The notes: generated by a model from the letters alone, not told the origin. DNA of 64,000 nt from an uncultured Candidatus Saccharibacteria bacterium (GCA_964426735.1 CAYRRP010000001.1:157226-221225); one strand, 5' to 3'; numbered from the stretch's first letter, positions 47,771-56,121 are shown. Translations and numbers: made by a program.

Positions 47771-49636
47771 CTACACTATAAAAACCTTATACCAAAGAGC
47801 GAGCATATATAAAATGTAGATATGTCTCGCATTGTCTTTTTTGTTTTCAATATGATCTGAAATCAGGTTTTCGATAAAGAATGTATCGAGATGCTCCTTC
47901 ACGTACTCTGACTCCCGAATGGTTTTATACACGGGACACATCGGGTCACGAAGCCAAGTACGAATCGGTGTCGGGAAGCCGAGTTTTCGTCGATGACGAG
48001 TCTCTTCGGGAATAATTCCCGCAAATGCTTCTCTGAGTGCGTATTTTGTTACTCCTGCCTGCGCAGGTAGGCCCCCTTTCCATTTAAAAGAATCAGGGAG
48101 AGTGCGTGCAAGCTTCGCTACTTCAATATCAAGAAATGGCACACGAAGCTCGAGCGAGTTCGCCATAGTCATTTTGTCTGCTTTTGCCAAGATATCCCCT
48201 ACAAGCCACGTGTGGATGTCGATGTACTGCATTTTCTGCGAGTCACTCCCTGTTGCTTTTTTGTAGAGTCCATCGAGGGTGTGCTTTTTTGGTTGTACAC
48301 CTTTCCATAATCTATCTATTTGTGCACTCGTAAAGATAGATGCATTACCGATATACCAATCTTCGAGTTTTTGAAGCGCTCTCTTTGCGTGATTCTTACC
48401 CCAAAATTCAAACGGTACTTTTGTAAGCAGTGTGAGAAACCATGTGGGTACCCATGAAAGTTTTTTTTGATCGATAGGTTGAAGATAAATATTGTATCCA
48501 CCGAAAAGCTCGTCTGCTCCTTCTCCTGAAAGTACTACAGTTACTTTTTTTCGCGCTTCTTTTGCTACAAAATAGAGACCGATTGCTGAAGGGTCTGCCA
48601 CCGGTTCGTCAAAATGCCACACAAGCTTCGGTAACACATCAAAATAGGTTTTTGGATCAATGGTAATTTCCGTATGTTCGGTACCGAGAAAATCAGATGT
48701 GGTTGCTGCCTCTTTTCCTTCAGTAAGTACATCAAAGCCTACTGTAAATGTTTTGAGTACTCTTTTCTTTTCACTATTGACTGTCGACTCATGACTGATG
48801 ACTTCATTCATAAGCGAAGCTATTATGGATGAATCCACTCCCCCTGAGAGAAATGAACCGACCGGTACATCACTGATCATATGATGCGCCACAGAATCAC
48901 GAAGTGTATCTACAATCTCTTTTTTTGTTTCTTCAAAATTACGTGTAGTGTCAGGTGCAAAATCAAAATCCCAATAACGCTCGATTGTATGTGTACTTTT
49001 TTTTGTATCAATAGTAAGCGTGTGACCCGGTTTAAGTACAAAAATATCTTTAAAGAAGGTCTCTTCTATTGGGTTATACTGAAATCTCAAATAGTTAAAT
49101 ACCGCTTCATGGTTTACTTCTTTTTTATATTCTGGGTGTTCAAGAATACTTTTTATCTCTGATCCAAACGCCTTAATCTCAGTACCTACTCGCCAAAAAT
49201 ACAATGGTTTAATACCAAAAAAGTCTCGGGCAATAAATATTTTTCCTGTTTCTTTATTGTAGATAGCAAACGCAAACATACCTCGCAAACGAGAAACAGA
49301 CTTTGGGCCATGTGCTTCATACATTTGAAGGATCACTTCTGTATCAGAATGAGTCTTAAAGATTCTTCCTTCAGCCAAAAGTTCAGCTCGAAGTTCTTTG
49401 TAGTTATAGATTTCTCCATTGAAAAAGATAAGGAGACTTCCATCGACATTTTCGATAGGTTGCTTCCCTGCAGAGATATCAATAATGGAGAGACGACGCA
49501 TACCGAGCGCTACTCGATCATCAGAAAAAAAGCCGTCCTGATCTGGGCCACGATGATGAATCACCTCTGTCATTTTCTTAATCAGAGCTCGTTTTTCTGT
49601 TGTTTGTGCGCCTATAACGCCTGCGATTCCACACAT
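47771..49636 (-). CDS. asnB: Glutamine-hydrolysing asparagine synthase-family amidotransferase
   Basis: MCGIAG, HRGPD, NGEIYN, LSGGVDSS, SGEGADE. Confidence 0.95.
   Translation of the reverse strand: MCGIAGVIGAQTTEKRALIKKMTEVIHHRGPDQDGFFSDDRVALGMRRLSIIDISAGKQPIENVDGSLLIFFNGEIYNYKELRAELLAEGRIFKTHSDTEVILQMYEAHGPKSVSRLRGMFAFAIYNKETGKIFIARDFFGIKPLYFWRVGTEIKAFGSEIKSILEHPEYKKEVNHEAVFNYLRFQYNPIEETFFKDIFVLKPGHTLTIDTKKSTHTIERYWDFDFAPDTTRNFEETKKEIVDTLRDSVAHHMISDVPVGSFLSGGVDSSIIASLMNEVISHESTVNSEKKRVLKTFTVGFDVLTEGKEAATTSDFLGTEHTEITIDPKTYFDVLPKLVWHFDEPVADPSAIGLYFVAKEARKKVTVVLSGEGADELFGGYNIYLQPIDQKKLSWVPTWFLTLLTKVPFEFWGKNHAKRALQKLEDWYIGNASIFTSAQIDRLWKGVQPKKHTLDGLYKKATGSDSQKMQYIDIHTWLVGDILAKADKMTMANSLELRVPFLDIEVAKLARTLPDSFKWKGGLPAQAGVTKYALREAFAGIIPEETRHRRKLGFPTPIRTWLRDPMCPVYKTIRESEYVKEHLDTFFIENLISDHIENKKDNARHIYILYMLALWYKVFIV
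48054..48071. repeat. 18-bp palindrome in frame within asnB
   Basis: CCTGCCTGCGCAGGTAGG, encoding (G)LPAQAG. Confidence 0.65.
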
Positions 49637-49727
49637 ATGTTAATACGTTATTACCTATGTTTTAAGTATAACGGAAAAGTTCTTTTTAACCAAAATAGTT
49701 GACAGAATTGCTAAATTTATATTAAAT

Positions 49728-49952
49728 ATGCAAGGAAGGAAAATTATGAGACGCCGCTTCACAAAAACTGATGGAAGCCTTTGGTCACTAGATGAACGAA
49801 GTGCATTAACATTAGAATTACTCACAACAGTCACGACAGAGGATGGATCCAGAACCATCACGATTGAGAACGTAACAGATCAACAAGTACAAGAAGTACT
49901 TGAACACAACAATTTTACATCGGAAGAAGCTCCAATCAGACGCTACTACTAA
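49728..49952 (+). CDS. Small orphan (cassette; start may be ATG 49746)
   Basis: TTGACA at ~49699; AGGAAGGA before 49746; hairpin at 49962-49985. Confidence 0.55.
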   Translation: MQGRKIMRRRFTKTDGSLWSLDERSALTLELLTTVTTEDGSRTITIENVTDQQVQEVLEHNNFTSEEAPIRRYY

Positions 49953-50006
49953 CCAACATTGAAAACTACTGGGGTAGTAGTTTTCTTTTGCCAAATTGTA
50001 GAGTTT

Positions 50007-50951
50007 CTATTGTTTGATGTATTGAAGGGTAGAAGAAGCCAACGCTATCACATCAGAAAATCTTCCTTCAGTCGTCGAACCCAACACCACAATCGCAATC
50101 GGTCTTCCAAAACCCGCATCAAATACTACTGCAAGATTTCCACCTGCCAGATTTGTAAAACCAGTTTTTGATGCAATTACATTAGGAATATCACTCAACA
50201 TATTATTTGTATTTACTGCTTCATGTGAATACTGAGCTGAATATACTGTCTCCTTTGGAATCCGTGTTGCTTCGAGGAGTTCTGGATACTGCTCAAGAAT
50301 ATACCCAAACAAAAGTGCCACTTCTTCTGCAGACCCATACCCGCCAGCCAACGTATCACTCACATCAAGACCAGTTTCATTGGAAAAAGACATTGTTGAA
50401 AGTTGAAGGCGTTTTGCATACACATTCATTTCATCAATAAACTCTTTTCTTCCGAGTGTATAGTCTTTTGTGCCGAGTTTAAACGCACCTGCGACAGATG
50501 CGATTGAGCGCGCACCATCATTGGAAGAAACAATGAGTGAAAAATCAAGAAGGTCTGACAACGCAAACACTTCCCCATCTCGCAAACCTGTATCACCCTC
50601 TTCCACAAGAAATTCTTTTTTTACAGTGACCGTACTATATTGAGGAAGCAGTGTGCGCGCCACGAGTGCAGACATTACTTTAGTCAGTGATGCAAGAGGG
50701 CGTGAGACATTCGAATTTTTCTCTGAAATCACTTTTTGATCAACAATATCCCATACTATAAATGATTGTGCTTGAACTGCCGGAACCGAAAAAGAAACTT
50801 GGGTTGTAGATTTTTGATCTCCAGTGATCTGTTCCTTGCGTGCATCTACTTGGTATATCAAAAAACCGAGACCAACAATCAGTCCCACAAGAACAATATT
50901 AAAAGCAAATAACGGTATGCTTATATCGTTTTTTTCTGTCTGTTGTTCCAT
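50007..50951 (-). CDS. D-Ala-D-Ala carboxypeptidase (S11)
   Basis: ASLTK, SSND, KTG motifs; N-terminal TM. Confidence 0.92.
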   Translation of the reverse strand: MEQQTEKNDISIPLFAFNIVLVGLIVGLGFLIYQVDARKEQITGDQKSTTQVSFSVPAVQAQSFIVWDIVDQKVISEKNSNVSRPLASLTKVMSALVARTLLPQYSTVTVKKEFLVEEGDTGLRDGEVFALSDLLDFSLIVSSNDGARSIASVAGAFKLGTKDYTLGRKEFIDEMNVYAKRLQLSTMSFSNETGLDVSDTLAGGYGSAEEVALLFGYILEQYPELLEATRIPKETVYSAQYSHEAVNTNNMLSDIPNVIASKTGFTNLAGGNLAVVFDAGFGRPIAIVVLGSTTEGRFSDVIALASSTLQYIKQ

Positions 50952-51487
50952 TATTCTTCAGTTTGTTGAAGTGCACTACTTCGATGATCAATTTCTTTCT
51001 TAACCGCTTCGTATTCAGGTAATTCCTGCACAGATGTAATACCTAAGTATTTTAACGCATCTGAGGTCGGTGTGTACAGGAATATCCTCTCATCGAGTTT
51101 ACTTGGTATTTTTTCAATTAATCCACGCAATAAAAGGTTTCGAATCGAAAATCCTGCGTTTACTCCTCGAATATATTCGATTTCTTTTCGAGTAACCGGA
51201 CTTTTATAAGCCACAATCGCCAATGTTTCGAGAGACGCTTGTGACAAATCTTTAGATAATTCATCTTTAACTATTTTTTCAATCAACGCTGAAGCATTCG
51301 GGTTTGTAACAAGTGAATACTCTCCTCTGTTTTCCAAAAGCGTAATTCCACGAGAACCAAGAGACTCTTTAAGTACACCGAGACCAGAAAGTACTTCTTC
51401 TTCAGAAACTTCAAGCCATGCCGAAAGATCCGCGAGTGACACCGGTTCATTTTTATAAAATAATATTGATTCTATGTTTTGTTGCAT
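50951..51487 (-). CDS. scpB: SMC-Scp complex subunit ScpB
   Basis: LS.ASLETLAIVAY..PVTR.EI..IRGVN. Confidence 0.95.
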   Translation of the reverse strand: MQQNIESILFYKNEPVSLADLSAWLEVSEEEVLSGLGVLKESLGSRGITLLENRGEYSLVTNPNASALIEKIVKDELSKDLSQASLETLAIVAYKSPVTRKEIEYIRGVNAGFSIRNLLLRGLIEKIPSKLDERIFLYTPTSDALKYLGITSVQELPEYEAVKKEIDHRSSALQQTEE

Positions 51488-51494
51488 TGTAAAG

Positions 51495-51595
51495 GTTGAG
51501 ATAAGAGTTGTGAGATCAGAGACATGAATTACTGTATAAGTATTTTCTCATAACTCGTATCTCTTGTCTCGTATCTCTTGTTTTGTATCTCTGAC
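51495..51595. repeat. Heptamer-periodic inverted repeat between scpA and scpB
   Basis: Minus strand gagatac/gagacaa units, then tctgatc/tcttatc units. Confidence 0.75.
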
Positions 51596-51597
51596 AA

Positions 51598-52329
51598 TTA
51601 ATATCGTGGCACTCCTACCATTGCAGTCTCCATTTCAATATCATGAAAAGGCCGATCTTGCTTTACCTGTATCACCCCTTGTTTCACCAGCTCGAGCATG
51701 GCAAGGAAATGCACCACCACTGCGACCTTTTCTTGCTTCCCGACACCAGCAAACTCCTTGAAATTAAGTTTGAGATGACGACCAATACGGTCTGTAAGGC
51801 TCACAATCGCCTCCTCAAGACTGATTACCTTGCGAACGGTCGTATGTGCCACCACTTTTGGTTTTGGCATGTTTTCCAGTACACGCATGATCGCTTCTTT
51901 GAGCGTAGTAAGATTTGTCCTTTTGTCAGGAGCAAATACTATAGTTGTTTGTTTTTTAGGTATTGATGAAAAAAGAATACGTTTTCCAAACAACTTTTTC
52001 AATTGCTCAGCTTTATGTTTATATTCTTGATGAAGTGTAAGTCGCACCTCCAAATCATCTATATTTCTTTCTTCTTCTTCAGACAAAGAAAGCGTAGGGA
52101 GCAATGATTTTGATTTTATGAGTACCAATGTAGACGCAATCAAAATAAATGACGCCGAATCAGAGAGTGGAAAATCCGTTTGACTTCGTACATACTCGAC
52201 ATAATCATCCGCAACTCGTGCAAGCGAAATATCACTAATCGAAAGCTTTCGTTTCTCAATCATAGTGAGAAGCACATCAAGTGGCCCCTCAAACACATCT
52301 GTTTTTACATTGTAGTCGATTGTATCCAC
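51598..52329 (-). CDS. scpA: Segregation/condensation protein ScpA
   Basis: FEGPLD.LL, IKSK.LLP, FLA.LEL.K; probable GTG start at 52329. Confidence 0.94.
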   Translation of the reverse strand: MDTIDYNVKTDVFEGPLDVLLTMIEKRKLSISDISLARVADDYVEYVRSQTDFPLSDSASFILIASTLVLIKSKSLLPTLSLSEEEERNIDDLEVRLTLHQEYKHKAEQLKKLFGKRILFSSIPKKQTTIVFAPDKRTNLTTLKEAIMRVLENMPKPKVVAHTTVRKVISLEEAIVSLTDRIGRHLKLNFKEFAGVGKQEKVAVVVHFLAMLELVKQGVIQVKQDRPFHDIEMETAMVGVPRY

Positions 52330-52431
52330 CTTTGTATCATACCGTAAAATACCGAGACACTCTATAACCACTGTCCCCAGATACATTTGAATACACCACC
52401 TCAGGTATTTTATACAAAAATACCCAGGGAA

Positions 52432-52490
52432 AATACATAGGGTACCCCTATGTATTAAATATGCTTGTTACATAGGGGTACCCTATGTAA
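52432..52490. repeat. Inverted pair of REP-like palindromes
   Basis: AATACATAGGGTACCCCTATGTATT and TTACATAGGGGTACCCTATGTAA. Confidence 0.85.
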
Positions 52491-52527
52491 TAAAAAATCG
52501 CCCAAGGAATAACCCTTGGGCGATTGC

Positions 52528-53124
52528 TTACGCGAGATACTTTTCTTTGTACACTTTCCATAAAGGCAGAAAATCTTCTCGAAATACTGCAGTGAGCACC
52601 AAGTCTACAAGGTTGCCGTTTACAAACACATGCTTCTTCTGACGACCTTCTTCCTTGTACCCACACTTAGCATTAAAGCCTAGACTCAACTGATTGAATT
52701 CAAGTGCAGTCGAACAAATCTTTCGTAAGTTCAACTCATTGAATGCATGGTTGAGAAAAAGCATCTTTGCTTCAGTGCCATACCCTTTTCCTCGCCACTC
52801 TTCTTTACCGATAAGTGCACCGGTGGTAGCGGTACGATCTTTCCAGTTAATAGAGTGCAGACCCATAACACCGATCACCTGATCGGTATCCATGAGTACG
52901 ATGACGAGTACAACTTCTTTTGTACTATCTTTTGATATCTTTTTGATCCACTCTTCTTCAGAAATCAAGGAGTGTGGAAATTGATTGCTGATCATTCGTC
53001 GGACGTCAGGATCATTTGCATACCGTTGCAAAGTAGGTGCATCAGTGAGTTCAACAGGACGCATGTAGATGCGTTTACCTCTCAAAAACACGACGGGTTC
53101 TTTTTTCTCGACAGTTTCAGACAT
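52528..53124 (-). CDS. RimJ/RimL-type GNAT acetyltransferase
   Basis: WRGKGYGTEA, N..S....KCGYKEEG; SD AAGGAG; terminator at 52496-52525. Confidence 0.9.
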   Translation of the reverse strand: MSETVEKKEPVVFLRGKRIYMRPVELTDAPTLQRYANDPDVRRMISNQFPHSLISEEEWIKKISKDSTKEVVLVIVLMDTDQVIGVMGLHSINWKDRTATTGALIGKEEWRGKGYGTEAKMLFLNHAFNELNLRKICSTALEFNQLSLGFNAKCGYKEEGRQKKHVFVNGNLVDLVLTAVFREDFLPLWKVYKEKYLA

Positions 53125-53347
53125 ATTTTCTCCTTTGAAAGAACAATTCGCTTACAAAAAACCGTAGCTTCTGTAAAGCCACGGATTCTTTAGGAGAGTA
53201 AAGAGATTGTCGACTACAGGAGCCGTGGCAACACAGAAATATAGATAAAATACCCGAAGATTGAGGTACCTCGGTGGGTTTTTCGCATATTTGGCTGTGT
53301 TGCACATCTTTTCATTGCTTTTTTATAGTAAATAAAATGTAGATATT

Positions 53348-53407
53348 TGTCAATAAAATTACTTGACAAATATATATTATATGGTATATAAGGGTAAAGT
53401 TCTTTGA
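53348..53407. promoter_or_regulatory. Back-to-back TTGACA promoters with boxA-like motif
   Basis: TGTCAA 53348-53353, TTGACA 53363-53368, GTTCTTTGA 53399-53407. Confidence 0.6.
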
Positions 53408-53610
53408 TATCCCCTTACGGAAGATGATATGTGCATATACCCGCTGTATATACATATCGTCTTCTGTAAGGTCAGAAACCTTCAGAGACGTTTTCCCCGA
53501 AGAGAAGGGGTCTTGGAAAAAAGAGGGTCGCAAGACCCTAGCAAGACTTGCACATACACCTGAACCACTCTGTGGCAGGCAAACGTATGTGTAAGTACAC
53601 ACCCTTAAGG
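53390..53610 (+). ncRNA. Candidate structured 5' leader or ncRNA
   Basis: ~21-bp stem with G.U pairs (53413-53471), GGGTC-GCAA-GACCC hairpin, further nested stems. Confidence 0.5.
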
Positions 53611-53618
53611 AGGGAAAA

Positions 53619-53849
53619 ATGTTTATTCTATTCCGCGATGGTGGGCGGGAAAGTATTGAATTTGCTGGGGTGTATAGCACCCTCAGCAACGCTATAGCCG
53701 CAGTACCTGCCAACATGGGGGACTGGATTATCGAGGTTGATGTCGACCCAAACCCGAGTCTGGAGTTTCGTTACAACAAACCTCCATCCACCCGGAGGTT
53801 TGAAATCATTTGTGGGAGGAAGGTTACCATTGATATTCTCACTCGGTAA
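53619..53849 (+). CDS. Small orphan
   Basis: SD AAGGAGG; GVYSTL..A motif; terminator at 53855-53886. Confidence 0.6.
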   Translation: MFILFRDGGRESIEFAGVYSTLSNAIAAVPANMGDWIIEVDVDPNPSLEFRYNKPPSTRRFEIICGRKVTIDILTR

Positions 53850-53964
53850 CCATGCGCCGGTGACCCTTTGGGTCACCGGCATTTTGTATATATATTTTCC
53901 TTAGTACCCATTTTGGTGAAAATATTTCAAACCTCTTCCCTTCCTTATTTCATAATAAATTGTA

Positions 53965-54657
53965 TTACTCTTCTACTGCTTTCATCTCTTTTTTAAAGTC
54001 TAACATTAACTTAGCCAATTTAAACTTTATCCCTTTTGAATTGTTATACACCAACACCTTCTTTTGTAATTCAGAATTAAAGTATGCAAACAATGGAACA
54101 TTAAGCTTATTCCATCCTTTCATTTTTAATAACGTCTCCGCCAGATCATCAGTAACTGTTGTTGCAACCGCAACTTCACTATCATCTGCCATCTCCTTAA
54201 AAAGCTCATATCCTGTTCGTATTGATTTTGGAGCAAAATGAGTTGGTATGAATATATCAAACTTATAGTAGCCAAATATAAACCCTTTTTCCATATCGCC
54301 CTTAGCGTATGTCGACTCCCATGCACCTCCTTCAAAAAAGTGATGTATGAAAGATTCTTTACTTATTGGCTCTCTATCTCTTCTACTTATAGCATCAGCA
54401 TACCATTGATATATAGTTTCAAAATCTTCAGATTTAAGAGAATTTTTTAAGATTTCAGTTGAAAGTAACTGTTCTGGAACAACATCAACCGATTCAGTTT
54501 CCTCTGTTGTATATTCTTTTTTGTCAAAAGAATTTGATTGGTTACCAAAACTAGGATCTAAATACTCTAAAGCATCATCATTTAAAACATCTTCTCCATC
54601 TGTTTGTTCATGGGATACTGTACTTGCAGAGACACTATCACTGGATTCAAATTTCAT
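53965..54657 (-). CDS. Hypothetical protein with acidic N-terminus
   Basis: 230-aa ORF directly after aspS. Confidence 0.7.
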   Translation of the reverse strand: MKFESSDSVSASTVSHEQTDGEDVLNDDALEYLDPSFGNQSNSFDKKEYTTEETESVDVVPEQLLSTEILKNSLKSEDFETIYQWYADAISRRDREPISKESFIHHFFEGGAWESTYAKGDMEKGFIFGYYKFDIFIPTHFAPKSIRTGYELFKEMADDSEVAVATTVTDDLAETLLKMKGWNKLNVPLFAYFNSELQKKVLVYNNSKGIKFKLAKLMLDFKKEMKAVEE

Positions 54658-54668
54658 ATTTTTTTATA

Positions 54669-56015
54669 TTAAAACCCATCCGTGCTTAACTTTTCATCAA
54701 TTCGGTTCATGTCTCGAGGGAACATTGTTGCTTCTCGAATATTTTTTAGACCCAAGATTTGCATAGTGATACGTTCTGCTCCAAACGCAAATCCTCCTTC
54801 AGGTGGTACCCCATACTTGAATGCCTGGAGAAACATCTTTATTTTCTCTGGATCCATATTCCACAACTCAACATGCTTCATGAGTTGGTCGTAGTTATTT
54901 ATTCTTCGTCCACCAGAAAGCCACTCAACACCTCGACAGATCAAATCCATACCCTCATTACATTCAGGATTTTCAGGGTTTGGGTACACATAAAAAGGTT
55001 TCTTTCGAGTCGGATATCCGTAAATAAATACGAAGTCAGAACCAGTCTCTTCTTTGATAATCTCTGATATCTCTCGTTCATCCTGAGGGTTTGTGTCTTT
55101 CTCCCCTCGCACATCACGACCAGATTTCTGGAAGATTTTTTCCTGAACTTCAGCAAGAGAAAGCGTTGGTGTTTTTTCAATCATCACCGGAAGAGTTGCT
55201 CCAAGAGTTTTGATATGATCAGCATTTTTGAGTTCTATTTGTTTCAAAATAAATCGAACTGTCTCTTCAGCCATATCTCGCACATCTTTCCATGAATCAA
55301 TAAACGCCATTTCAGCATCGAGAGAAACAATTTCCGTGAGATGTCGTGTGGTTGAAGACGGTTCTGCACGAAACACTTTGTTTACAGAAAAACATCGCTC
55401 AAATGCCGACATCACAATCTGTTTATACAACTGTGGCGACTGAGACAAGTACGCTTTTTTATCAAAATAATCTACCTGAAATACCTCTGCCCCACCCTCT
55501 GCGGTAGCAGGAGTAATCGAAGGAGCCTGGAATTCAAAGAAATTATTTCGCTTCATAAACTCTCTAAAAGAATCAATGACAGTCTCTTGTACTTTGAAAA
55601 TTGCCTGCAATTTTGGCTGACGCAACACAAGCGCTCGGTTGTCGAGCTCTGTAGTCAAATCAACATTGTACCCGTCGATAGACATATCAAAAGGAAGCGG
55701 CGCAGCTTCTGCAAGCACTTCCAACCCTGTCACCTCCAATTCAACATCTCCATTTACTACCCCTGCTTTAATATTTTTCTCTGGTCTTTTATTTACAATA
55801 CCCTGAATACTGAGCACCCACTCAAGACGCACATCTTTTATTGCACTGATTGCCTCAATATGATTTGGTAATACAACACACTGAACCATTCCTGTCATAT
55901 CACGAAAATCAAGGAAAACCATTTTTCCTTGGTCTCGGCGGACTGCCACCCAGCCTTTCACAAGCACTGTTTCTCCAATATGAGTATTGAGATCTTTAAT
56001 ATATGTTCGATTCAT
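54669..56015 (-). CDS. aspS: Aspartate--tRNA ligase, short archaeal/non-discriminating type
   Basis: OB fold, EGGA, LSQSPQLYKQ, FRAE...RHL.E, G.PP.GG...G.ER, FPRD. Confidence 0.93.
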   Translation of the reverse strand: MNRTYIKDLNTHIGETVLVKGWVAVRRDQGKMVFLDFRDMTGMVQCVVLPNHIEAISAIKDVRLEWVLSIQGIVNKRPEKNIKAGVVNGDVELEVTGLEVLAEAAPLPFDMSIDGYNVDLTTELDNRALVLRQPKLQAIFKVQETVIDSFREFMKRNNFFEFQAPSITPATAEGGAEVFQVDYFDKKAYLSQSPQLYKQIVMSAFERCFSVNKVFRAEPSSTTRHLTEIVSLDAEMAFIDSWKDVRDMAEETVRFILKQIELKNADHIKTLGATLPVMIEKTPTLSLAEVQEKIFQKSGRDVRGEKDTNPQDEREISEIIKEETGSDFVFIYGYPTRKKPFYVYPNPENPECNEGMDLICRGVEWLSGGRRINNYDQLMKHVELWNMDPEKIKMFLQAFKYGVPPEGGFAFGAERITMQILGLKNIREATMFPRDMNRIDEKLSTDGF

Positions 56016-56121
56016 CCTGTTAGAAATAGAACATCACAGATAGCTTTCTGTAATTCCTAAAAGTATTAACTTGTAATAGTTCGACGTAGTACGTAGTGAT
56101 TTCCGTTATTTCTAACGGGAT
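56016..56121 (-). repeat. ~105-bp GTTAGAAATA/TATTTCTAAC element, copy 2
   Basis: ATCCCGTTAGAAATA...TATTTCTAACAGG-ATG(aspS); homologous to 44850-44953. Confidence 0.85.
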
